In this document: positions 48,654 to 56,737 of the stretch, in pieces | How the letters are laid out: each line of letters begins with the position of its first letter | Numbering within the stretch: position 1 is the first letter of the stretch | DNA from: Promethearchaeia archaeon | Lineage (GTDB): Archaea > Asgardarchaeota > Lokiarchaeia > Sigyniarchaeales > SOKP01 | DNA length: 64,000 nucleotides | Direction: 5' to 3' | NCBI GenBank assembly: GCA_029856125.1 | Contig: JAHQWJ010000014.1 | Coordinates: 64,001-128,000 of the forward strand | Made by a program: the position numbers and the translations under genes | Notes under the pieces: generated by a model | Databases searched by the model: none | What the model was told of the DNA's origin: nothing | What the model saw: the letters and a program-made list of their open reading frames with translations, nothing else

Positions 48654-50066
48654 ATGTCAGGACAAGAAAACAATATTATCAAATCAATCGTTTTAAGTTT
48701 ATTTGACGACGATGGACCCACACCAAAGATTTACTGGCCAACAGAAATGGACGAATCATCGCGCTTGTTAATAGCGATGAAAACGATTTCTCTATTGATG
48801 GGGGATTCTGTTTATCAAAATGGAACTTCATCAGATACCGTTAATTATTTCGGGATATTACCTTTCCCAGATTTAAAACTGAATGGGTTGACATACTTCT
48901 TCTTAATACTTGATCCAATGGCAAGAGGGAACGCAAAAGCAGCTACGATTACCGTTCTAATAAATGAAGATGATAGGGTTTTTTTCTACGAAAACATGAA
49001 ATACCTAAGAATTATAATAGATAAATCGGCATCAAAGGTTCAATTAGCTAAAACGTTAGAAGAAAACCAAAAAATTATGGATGATTTAAAAGAAGAATTA
49101 TTCAACTTTACTAGCGAGATAAAGAATCCATTCCTAAATTTGAGACAAATTAAAATTCTTATGACGGGATTGGATCGAGCGGGAAAAACAAGTTTCTTGC
49201 ACGCCGTTAAGCAACGATATAGCGAAATCATTAAAACCCTCCCAACTAAAGGAGTCGCACGAACCGAAGAGAAGATATTCGAAGAACAAAATTCTAAGAT
49301 ATCTCTCTGGGATTTAGGTGGTCAAAAGAAATATAGGGATATGTTTATTGAGCAAAGAAAAGTTTACCTCTATAACGTTGATCTACTTTTTTATTTTATC
49401 GACATTCAAGATTCAGAAAGAATATCAGAAGCTATTGAGTTGTTTGGAACCGTTATTGATTCTCTTATAGAATTAGAAGAATTTCCACCTATAATTATCT
49501 GTCTTAATAAATTCGATCCTGATATTAAAAACGCGAAGGATATTAAAAAAAATATTAAAACTGTAAATGAAAAGATAAAGGAAATCTCTGAAAGGTTTTT
49601 TGTGAAGATTTTCCAGACGTCTATATTTGATCACTGGTCTTTAGTATCGGCATATTCTTTTGGACTTTCACAACTCAGTCCAAATAGAGAGTTATTCGAA
49701 AATCAATTGAAGCAATTCGCTAAGAAAATAAGCTCAGATGCAATCCTTTTACTTAACGAAAATGGAATTATCCTCTCTAATTTCTCTAAATCCGGTATTT
49801 CTGAAAAGGTTTTTGAAATATCTGCCCCTCACTTCCAAACCTTGTACAAAACATTTAAAGAATTTAAACTATTAAAACAAGATTTTTTAATTTCTTCGGG
49901 AATAACTTCCGAATCGAAAAAAGTAATCTTTAAGAGGATTCCTGTTGAGAAATATAACCTTTACCTACTTTTGTTCTTGGAAAAAGAGTTAAATATGGAT
50001 AAAATAGATAAAAATTTACCTAAATTATCTAAAAACCTGAATGAATTAATCCAGACTTATATATAA
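48654..50066 (+). CDS. Longin/uDENN-like + Arf/Rag-like GTPase + roadblock-like fusion (paralog of 40277-41794)
   Basis: FDDDGPTP..FGILPFPD; GLDRAGKTS, PTKG, WDLGGQ, NKFD, TSIFD; LSPNR..ILLLNENGIILS..FEISAP.F.TL. Confidence 0.85.
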   Translation: MSGQENNIIKSIVLSLFDDDGPTPKIYWPTEMDESSRLLIAMKTISLLMGDSVYQNGTSSDTVNYFGILPFPDLKLNGLTYFFLILDPMARGNAKAATITVLINEDDRVFFYENMKYLRIIIDKSASKVQLAKTLEENQKIMDDLKEELFNFTSEIKNPFLNLRQIKILMTGLDRAGKTSFLHAVKQRYSEIIKTLPTKGVARTEEKIFEEQNSKISLWDLGGQKKYRDMFIEQRKVYLYNVDLLFYFIDIQDSERISEAIELFGTVIDSLIELEEFPPIIICLNKFDPDIKNAKDIKKNIKTVNEKIKEISERFFVKIFQTSIFDHWSLVSAYSFGLSQLSPNRELFENQLKQFAKKISSDAILLLNENGIILSNFSKSGISEKVFEISAPHFQTLYKTFKEFKLLKQDFLISSGITSESKKVIFKRIPVEKYNLYLLLFLEKELNMDKIDKNLPKLSKNLNELIQTYI

Positions 50067-50092
50067 TTCATTTTAAAATAAAAAGAAAAATA

Positions 50093-51316
50093 TTAATAGT
50101 TTGAAGCTTGTTCGTGTAACTTCCTTTTTTTCCTATTCGATCTAATCAATAGAGTAACACCGATTATTACTATTCCAACAATAGATACTATAACAATAAT
50201 AACAATCATCTCTGCAATAACCGTATCAGCGCGGATTACTTTTAAATTCAGATTATACTCATAATCAAATGTAGAAGTAACTTCGTAAACAATGCCAGGA
50301 TGAGGAAATTCACTCTCATCAGGTAATCCAGGAATAGAAAACCAAGCTCCTATATTCAAATTTAAGTGAAAATAATCGATATAATTAAAGTAATCTCCAT
50401 TTTCATCCCAAGTTGGATCACAGGCTATCCATCCAATATTAGGCACGTAGTATTCAAGCCACGCATGTCTTAAAAGGTTGTATTGTCCATCTGATCTTGT
50501 ATAAAAAGACCATTCTTGTCCGACCTGAGGTACGATAGCTGGATTATCAGTTATAACGAATCCTGTTACTTTTCGTGCGGGGATTCCTTGACATCGTAAG
50601 AGTGTGACCATTAGACTGGAATATTCGCTACAATCACCTAATTGGTTATCGTAAGCCCATTTTGCTCCCATTTCTTGAGCTGGGAGAGTGTCACTATACA
50701 CAAGATGGTCAATGACCCAATCGTTGATTTTTTGAGCTTTTACAATAGGATTATCGCTGGGATTTACAATACTATAAGATGTAGCGTTTATGTTAACGTC
50801 GTCCCTTTCATAATATACTTCAGAATTATTACAATACAACGAAAACATTTCATCAGAAGTGTCGTATACACCAATTTCTGAGGTATTTACATTATTAAAA
50901 GAGACTTCATTTAGTGTTACTTCGTATTGTTGGTTTAAAGTAATTGTATCATTAGTAGAAAGAGAAGTTCCATTGAAAACATCGTAAGTATTATTAAATC
51001 TATCGCGATAAATGAAAGGATCGTTATCGCTACCGTTTATACTACTATATTGCAATTCGCTTTCTTGATACGGTCCCGAATATTGCGTTAAAGAGGAATT
51101 TGGTTGACGATCATTTAACCTTGAAAATTTAAACAAGTAATCTCCATTAGATCCCGATAAATGGGTTAATGTGAAATTAATTTCTACTTGATACGTAACA
51201 CTTTTACTGGTTGAATAATTAGACACGCCGTCACTAGAGCTAACTGCGAGTTCAATGTTAAAATTTAATGGAAAGGAAACTATCAATAGTAATAACGCCA
51301 GTTTGAAGGCTTTCAT
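50093..51316 (-). CDS. Secreted transglutaminase-like protease with C-terminal TM anchor (start revised to ATG 51316)
   Basis: Signal peptide MKAFKLALLLL; GDCSEYS, GIPARKVTG, HAWLEYY..GW..DPT (Cys-His-Asp). Confidence 0.88.
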   Translation of the reverse strand: MKAFKLALLLLIVSFPLNFNIELAVSSSDGVSNYSTSKSVTYQVEINFTLTHLSGSNGDYLFKFSRLNDRQPNSSLTQYSGPYQESELQYSSINGSDNDPFIYRDRFNNTYDVFNGTSLSTNDTITLNQQYEVTLNEVSFNNVNTSEIGVYDTSDEMFSLYCNNSEVYYERDDVNINATSYSIVNPSDNPIVKAQKINDWVIDHLVYSDTLPAQEMGAKWAYDNQLGDCSEYSSLMVTLLRCQGIPARKVTGFVITDNPAIVPQVGQEWSFYTRSDGQYNLLRHAWLEYYVPNIGWIACDPTWDENGDYFNYIDYFHLNLNIGAWFSIPGLPDESEFPHPGIVYEVTSTFDYEYNLNLKVIRADTVIAEMIVIIVIVSIVGIVIIGVTLLIRSNRKKRKLHEQASNY

Positions 51317-51468
51317 GGTTGTTAAATAAATTAAATTATGTTTTGTAACATAATAAAAATCTCTGTTTTTATTTGTTCTGGTATTTTTACTAAAGAATAA
51401 CATTAATTAAGACAGAATTTTATTATGTTAATAATTAAAATTTATGCTAATTCTAAGGGTAAGGGACT

Positions 51469-52110
51469 ATTATCTACAAGATTTTTCTTATTGATGGCGA
51501 TAATGGAATATCACTTCTAGAAGCTACGTTTAAAGAACTTAAGCATAAAAACAATGGTAATAATGTTATACCTGGGTTTTTTAATGAAATAAATGAAATT
51601 ATCGATAAAATTCAGGCTGCTATGGTTAAGGGTAAAAATGGGGATGATATGACTAGAATTGTCGAATCTGAAAATTCTACAATTATTATAGTTTACCATC
51701 CTCCCTCAAGAATTTTGTATTGTTCGATTTCTGATGCTGACGACGATATAGATAAATTAATTGCTGTAATGAACAAAATATCTAATAGATTCTATAAAAA
51801 ACACTCATCTGATATAAAATTATTTAGAACTACTTCTGAGAAATCGCGGTTTCAAACAATTATCGCAGATATAGAAAACATATGTCAAGGTGGAAAAGTA
51901 GCAGAAATTTTTCCAAAATTGCTTATTGGCGAGAATGTACTTCCTAAAATCGTCTCAATGGGGATGATTGACGAGGAGGAGCTTCGAGTTGCCTTGAAAT
52001 GTGCTGGAAAAGCCTCACCTTTAAGAATAGCAAGAGAGTTAGGTAAATCTCGGAACGAAGTAAATAACATTTTAAAAAAATTAGAACAGTTAGATATCGT
52101 TAATTTCTGA
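51469..52110 (+). CDS. Longin-like + winged-HTH protein (extended to probable ATT start)
   Basis: In-frame extension IIYKIFLIDGDNGISLLEATF..IPGFFNEI before ATG 51622; in-frame TAA at 51460. C-terminal SPLRIARELGKSRNEV..ILKKLEQL HTH. Confidence 0.7.
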   Translation: MIYKIFLIDGDNGISLLEATFKELKHKNNGNNVIPGFFNEINEIIDKIQAAMVKGKNGDDMTRIVESENSTIIIVYHPPSRILYCSISDADDDIDKLIAVMNKISNRFYKKHSSDIKLFRTTSEKSRFQTIIADIENICQGGKVAEIFPKLLIGENVLPKIVSMGMIDEEELRVALKCAGKASPLRIARELGKSRNEVNNILKKLEQLDIVNF

Positions 52111-52271
52111 TATCAATTTCATACTAATCCTTGTCTTGAGTTATAAATGTATTAAAAATTAATTTATTTTGTAAAGTAAACAATCCCTATATTCGATTGT
52201 AAATAGAAAAAAATAAAAGGTTGTTATATTTATCTAAATTACCTTAGAATCAATTATGAGATGTTTAGATT

Positions 52272-52880
52272 ATGGAGAGTAATAAAAAAATTGTAGCAAT
52301 GGTAATTTCGCCCGCAAAAGACGCACATTCGCGAGAAGCAAAAGGATTTTCCTTAGGAGAAATACAAGACGCGGGAAAAACGGTTGAATTACTAAGAAAA
52401 TTGAATGTTGATATTGATTTTTTCAGAAAATCTAAACACGAAAGCAATATTGAAAAGCTTAAAAAATTAAAAGATACTAGCAAAAAAGCAAAAAAGAAAA
52501 AACCATTCGAAGCTAAAGAGAAGAAAAGGACGCCTTTTAAACCAACTGTTTCAAAACCAAAAAAGAAAACAGTTAAAAAGGTTGTAGCCAAGAAACCAGC
52601 TAAACCAACTAAAGCCGCTAAAAAAGCACCTGCTCCTAAAAAAGAAAAAGTTAAAGAAGAACCAAAACCAAAAAAGAAAGACTATCCAGAAGGAGAAACA
52701 ACACCATTAACTTCACTTTCGGGGTTAGGTCCTACTACGGCCAAAAAGTTTGAAGAACTTGGAGTAAATTGTGCTGAAGAGCTTATTAAAGAGGATCCCT
52801 CAGAGTTAGCTAAACTGATTAAAGGAGTTTCAGAAGAAAGAATTACAAATTGGATTAAAGAATGTAAAGAATTACAATAA
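52272..52880 (+). CDS. rpl13e: Ribosomal protein eL13 fused to a Lys/Pro-rich linker and a C-terminal helix-hairpin-helix domain
   Basis: R.AKGFSLGEI.DAG......L.V.ID..RKSKHE.NIE.L (eL13); LTSLSGLGPTTAKKFEELGV (HhH). Confidence 0.82.
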   Translation: MESNKKIVAMVISPAKDAHSREAKGFSLGEIQDAGKTVELLRKLNVDIDFFRKSKHESNIEKLKKLKDTSKKAKKKKPFEAKEKKRTPFKPTVSKPKKKTVKKVVAKKPAKPTKAAKKAPAPKKEKVKEEPKPKKKDYPEGETTPLTSLSGLGPTTAKKFEELGVNCAEELIKEDPSELAKLIKGVSEERITNWIKECKELQ

Positions 52881-53046
52881 TCCTATTCTTATTATAATTG
52901 AGTTCTCCTTTTTTTGTATAGTTTTACGATTTTTCTTAGAGTTATAAAATTATTTTTGCGAAAATAAAGATTTTTATTACTGGACACTATTTTTTTGATA
53001 TACTTAAATTCATTTTTTTAAATTACATAATTAAAACGGTTTAATA

Positions 53047-53541
53047 ATGGAATATAATTACTATACCTACGAAAAAAAGGAAGCTAACATAACCGTTAAT
53101 AAATTAGCTAAATGGTTTAGAGAAGAAAAGTTTGAAGGAGATGTAAATGAAGGTTTTATCTCTTTTCACTCTCAAAATGACTACGATGAGATTTATGGTT
53201 CCAATGCAAAAATGGAAATAACCTGGGAGAAAAAAGATAGAGCCGGTTTTTTTCATGGTAAAGAAGTTCAAAATTCTATTGAGCTCTATAGTTCAATCGG
53301 ATTTGTAATTTTAAAAAAGGAAAGCGATTGGCTTCTAAGCCACGAATTTGTCACGTGGTTCGGACAAAGAACTAAAATGATCAGAAAAAGATATTATAGA
53401 GAAAAATGCATTCACGGCATATTCTATTGTGACGTTACTGAGCGTCTAATTAACATTCATGCTAATGTTATTGATAAGCATTTTGATAATTTTGAAACTT
53501 TTATCATTAAATCCCTAAACACGACTATATGTCACGAATGA
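53047..53541 (+). CDS. Hypothetical protein
   Basis: 164-aa ORF; YC..T.RL and terminal CH motif. Confidence 0.6.
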   Translation: MEYNYYTYEKKEANITVNKLAKWFREEKFEGDVNEGFISFHSQNDYDEIYGSNAKMEITWEKKDRAGFFHGKEVQNSIELYSSIGFVILKKESDWLLSHEFVTWFGQRTKMIRKRYYREKCIHGIFYCDVTERLINIHANVIDKHFDNFETFIIKSLNTTICHE

Positions 53542-53560
53542 ACTAAACGGTTTTAGTTTT

Positions 53561-54313
53561 TTAAACTTCGCCCTCTTCTTTTTTGGCCAAAACAAAAAAA
53601 TTGTCAGTTTTGTTAGGTCCGCCTCTTTTTGTCATTTCCTTTATTACAAAGCTTCTTAACAATTTTTTCAGTTCTTTCTTAGAAAAGAAGTGATAAAATC
53701 TATTGTACGTCAAATTTTCTTTTGAAATTGTCCAAGGGATAAATTTATCTCCATGTTCTGTTAAATCAAGATTACTTTGTTTAATCCTATAGTTAGAACT
53801 ATACAGTCTTTTAAACCAATCGCGAAAGAAATAATATCTATATTTTTTTTGATATTTCCTCCAAAGGGTTAAAAATAATAATCCATTATTCTTTAAAATT
53901 GCGTAGATTTGATTTAAAGCGTGATTTCGAGTATTAGAATTCTTAATATGGTGGATAGCTGCGATAGAAAAGATATTATTTACCGATTCTGGTCGGATCG
54001 GTATGGAGTTGATATCGCTTTGAATTAGTTCAATTGATCTCCTTTCTTTCATCGTATAGTTATTTCCTGTTTTTAATCTATTGCGAGAAATTTTCAGAAA
54101 TTCAGCTGAGTTATCAATACCAATCAGTTTAATATCAGATTGTAAAAAAACTTTAAAATTTCGCCCATTGGCACATCCTAAATCAATACTGTATCCATCA
54201 AAGGATACACCTTCTTGAATTAGCTTATTAAAAAACAATTCAAAATCCTTCCATGGATAAAATCGTTTTTGATGATAATCAAGTGCTAAAATATCGTAAA
54301 TATTCTTACTCAT
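53561..54313 (-). CDS. Class I SAM methyltransferase, Trm9/ALKBH8-like
   Basis: YD.LA..Y..KR..PW, DLGCANGRN, SIAAIHHI, IPW...RFYHFF, DNFFVLA.K. Confidence 0.75.
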   Translation of the reverse strand: MSKNIYDILALDYHQKRFYPWKDFELFFNKLIQEGVSFDGYSIDLGCANGRNFKVFLQSDIKLIGIDNSAEFLKISRNRLKTGNNYTMKERRSIELIQSDINSIPIRPESVNNIFSIAAIHHIKNSNTRNHALNQIYAILKNNGLLFLTLWRKYQKKYRYYFFRDWFKRLYSSNYRIKQSNLDLTEHGDKFIPWTISKENLTYNRFYHFFSKKELKKLLRSFVIKEMTKRGGPNKTDNFFVLAKKEEGEV

Positions 54314-54504
54314 CGCTTTAAGTAAAACATATTTTTTATCTAAAAAATTTCTTTACTTTAATCCTAGAATTTTCGTTCTTACCGATTTAGTAATAAATAC
54401 TAGAAAAAATAATAATTATCTAATTTAATGTAAATTTATTTGTAATTAGTATTTTTACAGATATTATTAAATTTTTATGAGATACATGGAATAGCTAGAT
54501 AATA

Positions 54505-56079
54505 ATGGATGAAATAGTGAATGTTGTATCCGATATTTTAGATTTTTTGAAAGGTGACGTCTACAATTTATATACGATTTATGAATCTTACATAAGAGAT
54601 CTCATAATATCTAAAAAAGTAAATATATCAGCGATTATCGATAATGAGACGGAGGATCAGATAAATAGCACGATAAACCAAATAATATCTACTGCGAATT
54701 CTGCGTTCATGACGATTGGAGTATCTAAAGAAAAAATTAACTCAAATCAAGACTTATTCCAAGACTCTTTTTTAAGTAAGAGGCATATTTTTACAGATTA
54801 CAATTCATTTTTACAACTTGGATTAAAGGATTATATCAATAAGCATCTATTTGTAATAATTATAGAGTACATAATCGATGCCGAGGATAAAATCCTTGAA
54901 AATTTGGATTTGTTTGATCTATTACCTCGACAATTTCTCAGCAACTTGAGAATCCTTCGAAAGAAAATCGTAATATCTGACGAGAGCAAGAAAAGTTTTA
55001 GAACTTTTTATAATGACATTGAAACCTATTATAATCCTTCGAATTTAACTTTCAAGAAAATAGATTTTAAAATCCAAGAACCTAAAGAAGATATCTCTGA
55101 AGATTCTATCTTAAAGCGCTTGCAAGACGCTCGCGTGGATAATTTAGAAGTTCTCCAACATCCCGTAAGTCATGAGGGTAGTGTACATCAAATCGAATCC
55201 CAATCACTCTTATCAATTTTCTTAGATTTTCCCCCTGTCAGTCAATCAATTATAGATAAGATTAGAATTGATGTAAAGCAGTTAACAAATTTTGTTAATT
55301 CCTCACCTGAATTTTTAGATTTAGAAAATCTCTTTTATTGTATTAATATTCTTAAGATGTTAGGGGTAAGAAATCAATTTGAACCGGAATATATTAAAAA
55401 AATCGTAAGTAATTTTATAAATGGAGGAGTCTTCAGCACGGGAAGATATCACATTCCGAATCCGATGAGTGTTTTTTACGGTTTGTCAATTCTTTACGAA
55501 TTAGATATGCTTAATAATGGTGAAGTTATCGATTTATTAGATGTAGAAATGCTCCTTGAGAATGAACTAACTAATATTGTGCCTGAAAAGATAATTCTAC
55601 ATTTTTTTACAATTCTATGTTTAAAATTGCTTGAAAAAAATGGAGGAATTATTACTGACAAGAATTATTTAATAGAACCACTTGCAGAAGTAGATGTATT
55701 TAACCTAGAAGGATTTAAACCAGCTTCCGATATTTTCTTTTTTCTAGGGCTTATGAACCTATTAGATAAGAATATTGATTTCAGCAATTTTAAAGAACCT
55801 TATTTACTCGAGCTTAAAAATAAAATAACACCTAACGGCTCTCTTAATGAAACTATTACTGAAACTGCTAGAGGGTTATTGAGTTTACAATTATTAGGCT
55901 TACAAGATAAGGAATTGAACATAATATCCGGATTTTTAAACTTTCTGAATCTAAACGTAAATATGTTTAAAGTAAAAAGTAATTTTCCAGAGTTCGATTG
56001 GAAATCTGATAAAATTGCTTTTAAAATCGAACTACGGATGCTTTTTTGGTTATTACTGGCATTTTCTCAATACCTCTAG
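54505..56079 (+). CDS. Hypothetical protein; C-terminal helical repeats (possible alpha/alpha toroid)
   Basis: 524-aa ORF with repeated FY.L.IL..L-type helices. Confidence 0.6.
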   Translation: MDEIVNVVSDILDFLKGDVYNLYTIYESYIRDLIISKKVNISAIIDNETEDQINSTINQIISTANSAFMTIGVSKEKINSNQDLFQDSFLSKRHIFTDYNSFLQLGLKDYINKHLFVIIIEYIIDAEDKILENLDLFDLLPRQFLSNLRILRKKIVISDESKKSFRTFYNDIETYYNPSNLTFKKIDFKIQEPKEDISEDSILKRLQDARVDNLEVLQHPVSHEGSVHQIESQSLLSIFLDFPPVSQSIIDKIRIDVKQLTNFVNSSPEFLDLENLFYCINILKMLGVRNQFEPEYIKKIVSNFINGGVFSTGRYHIPNPMSVFYGLSILYELDMLNNGEVIDLLDVEMLLENELTNIVPEKIILHFFTILCLKLLEKNGGIITDKNYLIEPLAEVDVFNLEGFKPASDIFFFLGLMNLLDKNIDFSNFKEPYLLELKNKITPNGSLNETITETARGLLSLQLLGLQDKELNIISGFLNFLNLNVNMFKVKSNFPEFDWKSDKIAFKIELRMLFWLLLAFSQYL

Positions 56080-56090
56080 ATAGTAAAACT

Positions 56091-56702
56091 CTATTCTAAA
56101 TTAAAAATAGTCAGGATAAAATTCCTAGCTGAAGGTATAATCTGTTTATTTTTAACGCTACTATTCCATTTTTTAATTAATTGATTATTTTTAGATAAAT
56201 CTTGTATGACTTCGCGACCTAATTTAATCCATTGTTCTAAATTTATATTAGGATAATCTTCGCCTATTCCTCGGCAATATTGAATCCCCTTATCGGTGTA
56301 AAATATGTTAATCTCGTCTGTTTTCTTATCTTTGCCTTTTTGAATTGTGAACGTAAAAGGAAAAGTTCTGCAAAATCCAGGTCTAAACGCATAAATAGAA
56401 CATCGCTCTTTAGTTGCATCGTAAAAAAAGCAATATCCATTTGGTCTTTTCTTCAAACCAGTAAATGCCATTCCTCTTTCGGTTTGTATCGGTGGAACCA
56501 CCATTCGATTTATTTCTTTTTCAGAGGGCACTTGATCAAATACATAAAAGCCTAAAATTTCAATTACTTCATCGATAGTTAGATTCAATCCATTCTTTAT
56601 TCGAAGAACATCTATGTATGTTGTATTTACAAGCGTATTTATGTCGGTACAACATTTACCGCAATGTATGCACTCAAATTTCAATTTATTATTAATACCC
56701 AA
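56091..56702 (-). CDS. YkgJ/CxxCxxCC cysteine-cluster protein
   Basis: FECIHCGKCC, CFFY..CSIYAFRPGFCRTFPF, CRG. Confidence 0.85.
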   Translation of the reverse strand: MGINNKLKFECIHCGKCCTDINTLVNTTYIDVLRIKNGLNLTIDEVIEILGFYVFDQVPSEKEINRMVVPPIQTERGMAFTGLKKRPNGYCFFYDATKERCSIYAFRPGFCRTFPFTFTIQKGKDKKTDEINIFYTDKGIQYCRGIGEDYPNINLEQWIKLGREVIQDLSKNNQLIKKWNSSVKNKQIIPSARNFILTIFNLE

Positions 56703-56737
56703 TATAGCTAATAGAATGTGAAAAAAGTAATAAGTAT

